In this document: positions 42,026 through 51,542 of the stretch, in pieces
Layout of the letters: every line of letters begins with the position of its first letter
Numbering within the stretch: position 1 is the first letter of the stretch
Origin: Acidobacteriota bacterium
Lineage (GTDB): Bacteria > Acidobacteriota > Thermoanaerobaculia > Gp7-AA8
Assembly: GCA_019244185.1 (NCBI GenBank)
Contig: JAFATB010000023.1
Span: 480,001 to 544,000, forward strand
Direction of reading: 5' to 3'
Length of the DNA stretch: 64,000 bases
Program-made: the position numbers and the translations under genes
The notes under the pieces: model-generated
Databases searched by the model: none
What the model was told of the DNA's origin: nothing
The model's input: the letters and a program-made list of their open reading frames with translations, nothing else

Positions 42026-42674
42026 GCATTACCTCGACTCCGATCACCATCGCGCGGAAGTTGTTCCACCCCGCGCGAATGACTTGCGCCACGTGCACGA
42101 CGAAGAAGACCACGTAACCGACGGTGAGCCAGAAGTGAAAGAAGCGCGACATCGCGTAGCCGCCGAAGAGCGACGTGAGCCACGCGAACTGCACCGGCTT
42201 GTAGATGGCGATGCCGGTGAGCAGCGAGCCGAGGCCCATGAAGATCACCGTCGTGTACGCGAGCTGCTGCGCGCCGTTGAACTTTCGCGCGGGCAGCGGC
42301 TCGCGTCGGATGCGCAGGTCATGCAACAGGACGTTCCAGGCGTCGCGGAACGAGTGGCGGTTCGGCACGAGCTCGCGCCATTCGCCGGAGACGAGCGTGT
42401 AGAGGACGTACAGCACGCCGTTGATGCCGAACAGCCACATGAAGAAGAAGTGCAGCGCCATCCCTTCGGCGAGGCGGTTGTTGACGTGCAGCGCGCGCCA
42501 GGTGGTCTGGTCGAGGTTCATCTTCGCGAGCGTGAAGTCGCCGATGCCGAGGCGGTAGGCGGGGTAGGCCCAGTAGATCAGCGTGCCGCTGAAAATCATC
42601 AGCGCGAGCAGCGGAAAGTTGAGCCAGTGAAACCAGCGGATCGCGAGCGGATGCTTGTTCACGAGGCGTTTCAT
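42018..42674 (-). CDS. Cytochrome b/b6 domain protein (partner of the Mo enzyme)
   Basis: HP..IRWFHW, HFFFMW, KFN.AQQ.AY, YKPVQ, HF...FFVVHV. Confidence 0.85.
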   Translation of the reverse strand: MKRLVNKHPLAIRWFHWLNFPLLALMIFSGTLIYWAYPAYRLGIGDFTLAKMNLDQTTWRALHVNNRLAEGMALHFFFMWLFGINGVLYVLYTLVSGEWRELVPNRHSFRDAWNVLLHDLRIRREPLPARKFNGAQQLAYTTVIFMGLGSLLTGIAIYKPVQFAWLTSLFGGYAMSRFFHFWLTVGYVVFFVVHVAQVIRAGWNNFRAMVIGVEVMHD

Positions 42675-42739
42675 CGTTCGTTCGATGCCGGTTGTGCGTC
42701 GCGGGTTTCCGCCTCATAGTAACGGCAGGAGGTCCCCTC

Positions 42740-44404
42740 ATGCCTGCACTGGAGGAAAAGATCCGCCACGTGGTGGTGCTGATGCTCGAAAACCGCTCGT
42801 TCGACCACATGCTCGGCGCGGTGAAGTTTGCGTCGAAGGTCGAACAGCCCTCGGGAAGCGAATTCAATCGCGACTCCGACGGCAAGAAGGTGCCGATCTC
42901 ATTCGACGCCGAGCCGGGCATCGAGGTCGGTCCCGATCACGGCCACGTCGGCGTGATGATGCAGCTCACCGGCAAGAAGCCCGCGAAGAAGCCGCCGCTC
43001 TTTCCGCCGCCGGTGAACCTCACGATGGACGGCTTCGTCAGCAGCTTCGAGGACGTGTCTCTCAAGGCGAAGAAAAAAGGCTACGGCAGAAACATCATGC
43101 GCTGCCATCCGGAGACGGACATCCCGGTGCTGGCGACGCTCGCGAAAGAGTACGCCGTCTGCGATCGCTGGTTCTGCTCCGTGCCCGGCCAGACGTGGCC
43201 GAACCGCAACTACGCGCATGCGGCGACGTCGGACGGCGAGACGAACATCGTCAAGCGCCTCTACAAGAATCGGACGATCTTCGAGGCGCTCGACAAAGGC
43301 GGCAAGCGCTGGCGCATCTATCACGACGGCGCGCCGCAGACATGGGTCTTCCCGAACCTCTGGACGAGCCTCGTCGCGCGCGGGCGTTTCCAGAAGATCG
43401 AGCGGCTCGAGGAGCACGTCGCGGCGGACAACATGCCGGCGTACACGTTCATCGAGCCGCGCCACTTCGGCAAGAGCGCGAACAGCCAGCATCCGGAGAA
43501 CCCCGCGAACGAGAGCTCGTTTCACGCCGGCGAGGCGCTCATCAAACACGTCTACGACACGCTGACGTCGAACCGCGCGCTGTGGGAGTCGACGCTGCTC
43601 GTGATCACGTACGACGAGCACGGCGGCTTCTACGATCACGTGCCGCCGATGCCCGCCGCGCGTCCCGACAAGAAGGCGTCGGGCGAAGGCTTCGTCTTCG
43701 ATCTCACCGGCGTGCGCGTGCCCGCGGTGCTCGTCTCGCCGTGGATTCCGCGCGGCACCGTCGACTCGACGCCGTACGATCATTCGTCGATCCCGGCGTC
43801 GCTGCGCGAGCTGTTCATCCCCGACGCGCCGCCGCTCACCGGACGCGATGCCGTCGCGAACACGTTCTGGCGCAATGTCTCCCTGGGCGCACCGCGACAG
43901 GACGTGCCGCCCGTCGAGATTCCGGTGCAGGCCGCGGCGGCGCTCGACGTGCGCTTCCCGGTGCGCGCGGTCGCCGCGATGAAAGGCCAGAAGGTCGCGG
44001 AGGATGAACTGCCGGAATCGGAGGAGCCGTGGGCGTGGCTGACTTACAACGTCGCGCGCGCGCTCGAAGCGGAGAAGCCGATCCGCGCCGCGGCCGCCGC
44101 CGCCGGCAAGCCGCTCGACAACATCCCCCTCGGCACGACCTTCTGGGAGTCGACCGAGGGACGGCTGATCACCAAGCGGCCGCCGCTGGCGAAGAAAGCG
44201 GCGGCGGCGATCGCGCCGATGGCCGCCGCGGCCGGCGGTCCCGCGCCGATCATCATCACCGGTTCCGACGAGCTCTCCGCGTTCGGCCTGCAGGTCTCCG
44301 ACATGTTTCACGAGTCGGCGATCGAGGAAGAGCCGGTGCCGCCGGACGACACGCCCGCGCCCGCGCCGCGGACACGCACGCGCCGCCGCGCGGTGACCTC
44401 GTAA
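42740..44404 (+). CDS. Phosphoesterase / phospholipase C family (alkaline-phosphatase superfamily)
   Basis: HVVVLMLENRSFDH, WFCSVPGQTWPNR, SQHP, TYDEHGGFYDHV, GVRVP, YDHSSI; AGGAGG RBS. Confidence 0.9.
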   Translation: MPALEEKIRHVVVLMLENRSFDHMLGAVKFASKVEQPSGSEFNRDSDGKKVPISFDAEPGIEVGPDHGHVGVMMQLTGKKPAKKPPLFPPPVNLTMDGFVSSFEDVSLKAKKKGYGRNIMRCHPETDIPVLATLAKEYAVCDRWFCSVPGQTWPNRNYAHAATSDGETNIVKRLYKNRTIFEALDKGGKRWRIYHDGAPQTWVFPNLWTSLVARGRFQKIERLEEHVAADNMPAYTFIEPRHFGKSANSQHPENPANESSFHAGEALIKHVYDTLTSNRALWESTLLVITYDEHGGFYDHVPPMPAARPDKKASGEGFVFDLTGVRVPAVLVSPWIPRGTVDSTPYDHSSIPASLRELFIPDAPPLTGRDAVANTFWRNVSLGAPRQDVPPVEIPVQAAAALDVRFPVRAVAAMKGQKVAEDELPESEEPWAWLTYNVARALEAEKPIRAAAAAAGKPLDNIPLGTTFWESTEGRLITKRPPLAKKAAAAIAPMAAAAGGPAPIIITGSDELSAFGLQVSDMFHESAIEEEPVPPDDTPAPAPRTRTRRRAVTS

Positions 44405-44449
44405 CCCGCGTTGCGACGTGCCGGCCGCTCACGCGGCCGGCACGTCCGC
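44381..44449. repeat. 69-bp direct repeat, copy 1 (contains 14-bp-stem palindrome 44415..44446)
   Basis: 67/69 identical to 45069..45137 by eye. Confidence 0.92.
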
Positions 44450-44487
44450 GATTCAGAATGATGGAAGCGGATGCTTGCGACGAAGAG

Positions 44488-45045
44488 TCAGCGCGCGCGC
44501 CGATAGTGCATGGCGACCGCACCGTTGCGGAGCGGCTTCGCCGAGACCAGTTCCAACCGTCGCGTACTCGGCAGCCCGCTCTGGTACAGGGTCGGGCCAT
44601 GCCCGGCAATCCTCGGGTGCACGAGAAAGTTGTACTCGTCGATAAGATCCAGCCGATCGAGTTCGGTTGCGAGCTTGCCGCTACCGAGGAGCACGCCGGC
44701 CGGCGTCGCGTCCTTGAGCTTCTGCACGCCCGTGCGCAGGTCGCCGGCGAGATGGTGGCTGTTGGTCCACGGGAAGTCGTTTCGCGTCGACGACACCACG
44801 TACTTCGGCTTGGCCTCCAGCTTGACCGCCCACTCGCGCATCGCCGGCGGCGCCTCCTCGTCGCCGCGGGCGACTGCTGGCCAGTAGCTCTCCATCATCT
44901 CGTAAGTGACGCGGCCCCACAGCATCGCCCCGCCCTCATCCATGAGGCGTGTGAAGAAGGCGTGTGTCTCGTCGTCGGCGATACCCTCCCGGTGGTCGAC
45001 GCAGCCGTCCAGGGTGACATTGATGCTGAAGGTCAAAAGTCCCAC
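44488..45045 (-). CDS. Dihydrofolate reductase / RibD C-terminal family protein
   Basis: INVTLDG, LWGRVTYE...YWP, KYVVSST, GSGKLA..L...LIDEY...VHP...G.G..L; TAGACT-N6-GTG. Confidence 0.88.
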   Translation of the reverse strand: MGLLTFSINVTLDGCVDHREGIADDETHAFFTRLMDEGGAMLWGRVTYEMMESYWPAVARGDEEAPPAMREWAVKLEAKPKYVVSSTRNDFPWTNSHHLAGDLRTGVQKLKDATPAGVLLGSGKLATELDRLDLIDEYNFLVHPRIAGHGPTLYQSGLPSTRRLELVSAKPLRNGAVAMHYRRAR

Positions 45046-45068
45046 GGAGCGAGTCTAAGCGATCCAAT

Positions 45069-45137
45069 CGCCGCCGCGCGGTGACCTCGTAACCTGCGGT
45101 GCGACGTGCCGGCCGCTCACGCGGCCGGCACGTCCGC
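45069..45137. repeat. 69-bp direct repeat, copy 2
   Basis: See copy 1; period 688 bp. Confidence 0.92.
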
Positions 45138-45611
45138 CTCGACCAGCAGTCCGAATCTGTTTCGATATCCCTCGATCGCGTAGTAGAGCGCCATGCCCGG
45201 AGGCGCGTTCGCGAACGTCATGGCCAGCACGAAGACGAGCGTCGGGTAGTTGAGGCCCGTCTTCTGCGCGCGCCGCGCGATCCATGCGCCGGCGATCATG
45301 TCCATGGCCAGGATGTCCAGCCACGCCACCAGGAGCAACCCCTGGTTCTCGAACATCCACTGCACGCCCGGCAGGCTGCTGAAGCGCTTCGCGTACGTTT
45401 GGAGGAAGGTCATCCCCTCCGGCTGATCCCAATACGCGACCAGGAGGTAGCAGTACGTGGTCGACATGACCACCGGCGTGAGCACGCCGCACAGCCACCA
45501 GTTCACGAAGTGCTTCCGCGGGAAGAGGAACAGCGCCAGCCAGCTCGCGGCCGCGAGTCCCATCGACAGGTAGAACAACAGCTCGGGGATCGTTTTCGGA
45601 GGAGGGAGCAT
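45117..45611 (-). CDS. ABA4-like (DUF4281) membrane protein
   Basis: PELLF...WLAL..FP, FSSLPGV..MF...LL..W...LAMD...G.WI, P.G...Y; GAGG RBS before ATG 45611. Confidence 0.7.
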   Translation of the reverse strand: MLPPPKTIPELLFYLSMGLAAASWLALFLFPRKHFVNWWLCGVLTPVVMSTTYCYLLVAYWDQPEGMTFLQTYAKRFSSLPGVQWMFENQGLLLVAWLDILAMDMIAGAWIARRAQKTGLNYPTLVFVLAMTFANAPPGMALYYAIEGYRNRFGLLVEADVPAA

Positions 45612-45664
45612 ACGACCTCGCTCCATCCATTAAAGAGGATTTAAGTCAGAAAATCAATAAAGAC

Positions 45665-46798
45665 TTATCGCTCGACGAAGCGCACGCGGATGTCCTTCAG
45701 CACGATCTCGTCGTCGGCCGCCGGCTCGAAGACGAGGAAGTCGCCGGCGATGTGATGGCCGTCGACGGTGATCGTGCGTCCCTCGCGCGTGACGTCGAGA
45801 CCGCTCTCCAGCAGTTCGTCGTCGATGCGCAGGCGCAGCCGGCCGCCCGCGCGCGTGCCGACGTCGTCGCGCGCGTAGAAGCGGATCGACTCCACCGGCC
45901 GCCCGTGCAGGGCGATGCTGATGCGCGCGTGCCGCCCGCCGCACTGCGAGCCGCCGATGCAGCCGCCCTCGTCCGTCACTTCCGACGGACCGTAGTGCGA
46001 CGGTCCCTTGCCGTACACGTCGTGGCCGAGCGAGCTGCCGCGCGCGCCGTAGAGCACTTCGATCTCGCTGACCTCGACCTCGTCGTCGCTGGCGGTGGCG
46101 ATGGTGAGGCGCGTGCCGCGGATGTTGTCGACGTCGAACTGGTGGCGCTTGCCGTTGCGCTGCACGTCGACGTACGAGGCGACGGCCTTGTCGTCGATCT
46201 TCACGGTGAGCTTGCCGTCCGCGCGCGTGCCGATGTTGTCGTGCGCCCAGAAGCGGATGCCGAGGACCGGCGCGTTGTCGAGGGCGATGGTGATGCGGTT
46301 GCCGTTCTTGCGGCACTCGTCGCCGCCGATGCAGAGCTTCGCCTGCGGATACGAGCGCCAGCCGCGCGCGTGCGGATCGCGGTCTGCGTCGCGGTCCCGC
46401 GGACGCACGCCGCCGCCGCCGCCGGTGCGACGTCCGTACAACACGGCGATGTTGTCGATCTGGACTTCGTCCTTCTCCGCCGGCTCGAAGATGAGAGCGC
46501 GCCCTTCGAGCTCGTCGACGTCGAGCGTGTAGGTCTGCCCGTTGCGCGCGATGTCGAGGTACGAGGTGATCGTGTTGCCGTCGATCTTCACGCGCAGCGC
46601 GCCGCCGGCGGTCTCGCCGATGTTGTCGCTCGCGTGGAAGCGCACGGCAATGACGGGGCGGTCCTCGATCGGAATGCGCAGCCAGCGATCGGCGCAGCGG
46701 CTCCCGCCGATGCAGCCGCTGCCGGGCAGCGATGTCCAGTCACGCTGCGCGAATGCAACCGTCGGAACGAATGCGAGGAGGAAAAGCAGACGACGCAT
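45665..46798 (-). CDS. Secreted hypothetical protein with three ~95-aa CIGGxxC repeats
   Basis: Signal peptide (..VAFA); three copies of CIGG..C....I.....PV..IRF.A.D.IG...G.L...ID....DV.R.G....D...G..L.....DE.....I.V; TAGAAT-N6-ATG. Confidence 0.8.
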   Translation of the reverse strand: MRRLLFLLAFVPTVAFAQRDWTSLPGSGCIGGSRCADRWLRIPIEDRPVIAVRFHASDNIGETAGGALRVKIDGNTITSYLDIARNGQTYTLDVDELEGRALIFEPAEKDEVQIDNIAVLYGRRTGGGGGVRPRDRDADRDPHARGWRSYPQAKLCIGGDECRKNGNRITIALDNAPVLGIRFWAHDNIGTRADGKLTVKIDDKAVASYVDVQRNGKRHQFDVDNIRGTRLTIATASDDEVEVSEIEVLYGARGSSLGHDVYGKGPSHYGPSEVTDEGGCIGGSQCGGRHARISIALHGRPVESIRFYARDDVGTRAGGRLRLRIDDELLESGLDVTREGRTITVDGHHIAGDFLVFEPAADDEIVLKDIRVRFVER

Positions 46799-46807
46799 GC
46801 GCGGATT

Positions 46808-48256
46808 CTAAACGCTCGACGCCCACTCTTTCGCGCGCCCCACCGCGCGCCGCCACGTGGCGAGCTTCGCCTCGCGTGCGTCGACGGAGAGGCGCGGCGT
46901 GAAGACGCGGTCGGGCTGCCACTGCGCGTCGATGGCGTCGCTCGTCTCCCAGACGCCGGCGGCGAGGCCGGCGAGATAGGCGGCGCCGAGGGCGGTCGTT
47001 TCGGCGACGCGCGTGCGGACGACGGGGATGCCGGCGAGATCGGCCTGAAGCTGCATGAGCAGGTCGTTGGTCGATGCGCCGCCGTCGACGCGCAGCTCTT
47101 CGAGCGCGATGCCGGAGTCGTGGCGCATGGCGTCGAGCACGTCGACCGTCTGCAGCGCGATCGACTCGAGCGTCGCGCGCGCGAGGTGCGCGGCGGTCGT
47201 GCCGAGCGTCAATCCGACGATCGTGCCGCGCGCGTGCGGATCCCAGTGCGGCGTGCCGAGTCCCGTGAACGCGGGGACGAGCACGACGCCGCCGCAGTCG
47301 GGCACCGACGCCGCGAGCGGCTCGATGTCCGCCGCGGTGCGGATCAGCTGCAGGCGATCGCGCAGCCATTGCACGGCGGCACCCGTGACGAAGATGCTTC
47401 CTTCGAGCGCGTACTGCAGCGGCGCGTCGCCGAGCTGCCACGCGATCGTCGAGAGCAGTCCGTGCCGCGAGTCGACGACGCGCGTGCCGGTCTGCATCAC
47501 CACGAACGAACCGGTGCCGTACGTGTTCTTGGCCATCCCCGCGCGCGTGCAGCGCTGCCCGAAGAGCGCGGCCTGCTGGTCTCCGGCGATGCCCGCGATC
47601 GGAATCCCATCTTCCGTCTCGCCGTACTTCGCGCTCGACGCCCTTACCTCGGGCAATACGGACGCCGGGATGCCGAGGAGGTCGAGGAGCTCGTCGTCCC
47701 AGGCGGCGCGGTGGATGTCGAAGAGCATCGTGCGCGACGCGTTCGTGACGTCGGTGGCGTGCACGCGTCCGCCGGTGAGCTTCCACACCAGCCACGTGTC
47801 GATCGTGCCGAAGGCGAGGCGCGCGGGATCGACGTGCGTACGCTCGAGCAGCCAGCGCAGCTTCGTCGCCGAAAAGTACGCGTCGAGCACGAGTCCCGTC
47901 TTCGCGCGGATGCGTTCCGCATGCGGCCGCAACGCGTCGCACATCGGCGCGGTGCGTCGGTCCTGCCAGACGATCGCGGGCGCGACCGGCTCGCCCGTCT
48001 CGCGATCCCACAGCACGGTCGTCTCGCGCTGGTTCGTGATGCCGATCGCGGCAACGTCGTGCACGCGCGCGAGTACCTCCTGAAGAACAGCGCGTTGTGT
48101 TTCCCAGATCTCGTTCGCGTCGTGCTCGACCCAGCCGGGCTGCGGGTAGAACTGGCGGAACTCGCGCTGCGCGACGACGAGCGGCGTGCCGCGCTCGTCG
48201 AACGCGATGGCACGGGAGCTGGTGGTGCCCTGGTCGAGCGCGATGACGGTGGCCAT
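46808..48256 (-). CDS. glpK: Glycerol kinase
   Basis: [59 protein letters not shown]. Confidence 0.95.
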   Translation of the reverse strand: MATVIALDQGTTSSRAIAFDERGTPLVVAQREFRQFYPQPGWVEHDANEIWETQRAVLQEVLARVHDVAAIGITNQRETTVLWDRETGEPVAPAIVWQDRRTAPMCDALRPHAERIRAKTGLVLDAYFSATKLRWLLERTHVDPARLAFGTIDTWLVWKLTGGRVHATDVTNASRTMLFDIHRAAWDDELLDLLGIPASVLPEVRASSAKYGETEDGIPIAGIAGDQQAALFGQRCTRAGMAKNTYGTGSFVVMQTGTRVVDSRHGLLSTIAWQLGDAPLQYALEGSIFVTGAAVQWLRDRLQLIRTAADIEPLAASVPDCGGVVLVPAFTGLGTPHWDPHARGTIVGLTLGTTAAHLARATLESIALQTVDVLDAMRHDSGIALEELRVDGGASTNDLLMQLQADLAGIPVVRTRVAETTALGAAYLAGLAAGVWETSDAIDAQWQPDRVFTPRLSVDAREAKLATWRRAVGRAKEWASSV

Positions 48257-48267
48257 CGCGCCCGAGT

Positions 48268-51200
48268 TTACTGCGCGGGCGGCGCTCCGTACGGCGGGCG
48301 TTGCGGCCTCACCGGCGGATGCTTCGCCAGCTCGTCGTTGAGGATGGCGATCCCGCGCTCGAGCTGCGGATCGCGTCCGGCGGCGACGAGGTCGGGGCGG
48401 TTGTCGACCTCGACGTCGGGATCGACGCCGTGGTTCTCGACGATCCACGTGCTCTTGCCGTCGACGACGTCCCACGCGGAGACGAACGGCACGGTGACGC
48501 GGCCGCCGTCGATCATCGGCAGCTCGTCGCCGATGCCCATCAGCCCTCCCCACGTGCGCTTGCCGACGATCGGACCGAGCGCGTATTTGCGGAAGTAGTC
48601 GGCCACCGAGTCGCCGCCCGAGCCGGCGTATTCGTTGATGACGAGCACCTTCGGGCCGAGGATCGCGGCGGCCTGGTATTCGACGTCGGCGCCGTAGCGC
48701 GGCGCGTCGTACTCGAGGTGCCGTCGCGCGAGGTGCTCGAAGTAAAAGTCGGGGATCTCGCCGCCGTTGTTCCAGCGCGCGTCGAAGAGCAGGCACTGCT
48801 TGCCGGCCTGCGCATAGAACTGCCGGCCGAACTCCGCGATGCCGCGCAGGTGCGTGTCGGGGATGTGGATGTACGCGCAGCGGCCGTTCGTCGCGGCGTC
48901 GACCTTGCGGCGGTTCGTCTCGACCCAGTCGCGGTAGCGCAGCTGCTCTTCGCTCTTCACCGGCACCACCACGACGCGGCGCGCGCCGTTCTCGTTTGGC
49001 TTGTCGTTCACGAGCAGCGCGACCTGGCGTCCGGCCGTGCGGTCGAGCGCGGCGAAGATCGACATCGGCGCGCGCAGCGGACGTCCGTCGATGGCGAGGA
49101 GGTAGTCGCCTTCGCGGACGTCGATGCCGGGCGCGTCGAGCGGCGAGCGCGTGGCGTCGGACGCGTTGTCGCCGCGATAGATCTTGCGGATGCGATAGAG
49201 GTCGCCGGCGACGTCGTAGTCGGCGCCGAGGAGGCCGGTGGTGGCCGCGGGCGTATCGACGGTGTCGCCGCCGGACGCGTTGATGTGCGAGATCCCGAGC
49301 TCGCCGTTCATCTCGCCGATGAGGATGTTCACGTCGTTGCGCAGCGAGACGAACGGCAACTCGGCCTCGTAGCGGCGCTTCATCGCGTTCCAGTCGACGC
49401 CGCGCATGGTCGGATCGTAGAAGCCGTCGCGGAGCATCCGCCACGCCTCGTCGAAGATCTGCTTCCACTCCGCGCGGCGGTCGAGCTGCATCTCGAGGTG
49501 GGCGAGGTCGAGCGCGCCGTCGCCGATCTTCGCGTTCGACTTCGCGGCGTCGAGAATGCCGACGGTGTCGCCGGCGCGGTAGACCAGCTTGTCGCCGTGC
49601 GCGTCGAGCGCGTAGCTGTCGATGTTCGCGACGATCGTCTTCTCTTCAGCATCCGCGAGCTCGAACGATTTCAACGTCTTCTTGTCGTCGTCATCGCCCG
49701 CGAGATAGAAGACCGCGCCGTCCGCGGCGGCGAGGCTGCTGTACGCGCCGGCATCGATCGGGAGCGGGAGCACGCGATGATCGATGCTCGCGAAGTCGAT
49801 GCGGAACGGCACCGCCGCCGGCTTCGTCTCCGTGGCCGCACCTTCCTCGTCCGACTTCGGCGCGAACGGCGACGGCGTGTCGCGGCGCAGCGGGATGAGA
49901 TAGACCTTCTGCGAGTCGCTGAAGTCGAACGTCTTCTCGAAGTCGCTGAAGTGCGGCGCAAAGACGCGGCGCGAGAGGAAGAAGAGATACGTACCGGTGG
50001 GATCGATGCGCGGCTGGCGGTCGTCGGTGAGGCCGTCGGTGATCACGGTCGATTTCGCGTCCGCGAGCGAGTACGCGAAGAGCTGGCCGAAGTTCGTCAG
50101 GAGCGGCTTCGCGTAGACGAGCCACTTGCTGTCGGGCGACCACGAGAAGCCGGCGATCTGGTCGGCGTCGCTGCGGTCGACGGTCGTCACCTTGCCGCTG
50201 TCGACGTCGACGAACGCGAACGAATGGTCGAGCTGCGCGAACGCGATCTTCTTCGCGTCGGGCGACCAGGTGAGATTCGAGCGGAAACCGGCGCCGAGAT
50301 TCGTGAGCCGGCGTTCGTCGCCGCTGCCGTCTTGCGCCCGGAGGTAGATCTCGTATTCGCCGTTGCGGTCGGAGGCGTACGCGATCCAGCGGCCGTCGGG
50401 CGACCACGCGGGCCAGAGCTCGCGCGCGCCGGAGCTGTTCGTGAGATCGCGGATCTCGCCTTCCTTCGCGGGAACGGTGAAGACTTCGCCGCGTGCGCCG
50501 AGGAGCGCGCGGGCGCCGGAAGGGGAGAGGGCGACGGTCTGCAGCCACTTCTTCGCGTTGATGGTCGTGACGCGCTCGCGCGGCGCGTCGGTGCGGACGC
50601 GGATCGGCACGCGCGCGGATGTTTCCTTCGCGATGTCGAAGAGATAGATCGCGCCGCCGTTCTCGTACGCGATGCGTCCCGAGCCGTCGCTGGCGAGGCT
50701 CGGCCACTTGATGTCGTAGTCGCGGTAGTGCGTGAGCTGCCGGATGGCGCGCGAGGCGAGGTCGTAGCGATAGAGGTTCATCACGCCGTCGCGATCGGAG
50801 AGGAAGAAGACCGCGTCGCGGAACCACATCGGAAAGAGCTCGCCGGCGTCGCCGTGCGGGATCTCTTCGTACGCGTGCGTGCGGAAGTCGTACATGGCGA
50901 TGTGCGACTGCGTGCCGCCGCGGTAGCGCTTCCAGAAGAACGACTCCGTCGCGACCGGGTTGTACGCGATCTTCGTTCCGTCCGGCGAGAACGCGTTCAT
51001 GCCGCCGCTCGGCAGCGGAACCTCGACCGGCACGCCGCCGCCCGGCGCGATGGTGAAGAGCTTGTCGAAGTTGCGCACGACACTACTGCGCTTGGACCGG
51101 AACACGATGCGCCCGTCGGGCGTCCAGCCGGTGACGCGGTCGAGGAGCGGATGCCACGTCAGCCGCTTCGGTTCGCCGCCGCTCGCGGGGATCGTGTAGA

Positions 51201-51474
51201 CGTCGCCGCCGCCGCCCTCGTACTCCGCCGTGAACGCGATGGTCGTGCCGTCGGGCGAGATCCGGGGCAGCGACTCGTAGCCTTCGTGCGAGGTGAGCCG
51301 GTGTGCGTCGCCGCCCGACGCGGAGACGGACCACAGATCGGCCGCGTACATGAAGACGAGCTGGTCTCCATGCACGTCGGGGTAGCGCAGCATGAGCGTG
51401 GTGTCGCTCGTCTGAATCTGCGCGTGCGCGAGCGTCGCGCACGACAACGCGAGAAGAAGGAGCCGGAGTCGCAT
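48268..51474 (-). CDS. Tricorn-like S41 family protease with PD40 propellers and PDZ
   Basis: RYPD..., [49 protein letters not shown]...DPQLE. Confidence 0.92.
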   Translation of the reverse strand: MRLRLLLLALSCATLAHAQIQTSDTTLMLRYPDVHGDQLVFMYAADLWSVSASGGDAHRLTSHEGYESLPRISPDGTTIAFTAEYEGGGGDVYTIPASGGEPKRLTWHPLLDRVTGWTPDGRIVFRSKRSSVVRNFDKLFTIAPGGGVPVEVPLPSGGMNAFSPDGTKIAYNPVATESFFWKRYRGGTQSHIAMYDFRTHAYEEIPHGDAGELFPMWFRDAVFFLSDRDGVMNLYRYDLASRAIRQLTHYRDYDIKWPSLASDGSGRIAYENGGAIYLFDIAKETSARVPIRVRTDAPRERVTTINAKKWLQTVALSPSGARALLGARGEVFTVPAKEGEIRDLTNSSGARELWPAWSPDGRWIAYASDRNGEYEIYLRAQDGSGDERRLTNLGAGFRSNLTWSPDAKKIAFAQLDHSFAFVDVDSGKVTTVDRSDADQIAGFSWSPDSKWLVYAKPLLTNFGQLFAYSLADAKSTVITDGLTDDRQPRIDPTGTYLFFLSRRVFAPHFSDFEKTFDFSDSQKVYLIPLRRDTPSPFAPKSDEEGAATETKPAAVPFRIDFASIDHRVLPLPIDAGAYSSLAAADGAVFYLAGDDDDKKTLKSFELADAEEKTIVANIDSYALDAHGDKLVYRAGDTVGILDAAKSNAKIGDGALDLAHLEMQLDRRAEWKQIFDEAWRMLRDGFYDPTMRGVDWNAMKRRYEAELPFVSLRNDVNILIGEMNGELGISHINASGGDTVDTPAATTGLLGADYDVAGDLYRIRKIYRGDNASDATRSPLDAPGIDVREGDYLLAIDGRPLRAPMSIFAALDRTAGRQVALLVNDKPNENGARRVVVVPVKSEEQLRYRDWVETNRRKVDAATNGRCAYIHIPDTHLRGIAEFGRQFYAQAGKQCLLFDARWNNGGEIPDFYFEHLARRHLEYDAPRYGADVEYQAAAILGPKVLVINEYAGSGGDSVADYFRKYALGPIVGKRTWGGLMGIGDELPMIDGGRVTVPFVSAWDVVDGKSTWIVENHGVDPDVEVDNRPDLVAAGRDPQLERGIAILNDELAKHPPVRPQRPPYGAPPAQ

Positions 51475-51480
51475 GCGCGC

Positions 51481-51513
51481 ACTCTACGCGCGCGCCGCGT
51501 GCCTCGTCTTGCA
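51481..51513 (-). promoter_or_regulatory. CAAGACG...TAGAGT leaderless promoter motif
   Basis: CAAGAC-N19-TAGAGT-N6-ATG. Confidence 0.55.
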
Positions 51514-51542
51514 CGCGCTTAATGCCGCTGTCCCGCGCTTCA

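Noticed and set aside
44488-45045. Trimethoprim-resistance dfr gene
   Set aside because: Motifs fit the RibD_C-like family rather than FolA/DfrA.
44381-45137. Integron attC/cassette interpretation of the 69-bp repeats
   Set aside because: TAAC is present but there is no matching GTTRRRY end, the palindrome lacks extrahelical bases, there is no intI, and the repeat consists of the neighbouring genes' coding ends.
45651-45667. IHF or dif site
   Set aside because: Spacing does not fit WATCAANNNNTTR, and there is no XerD arm (TTATGTTAAA).
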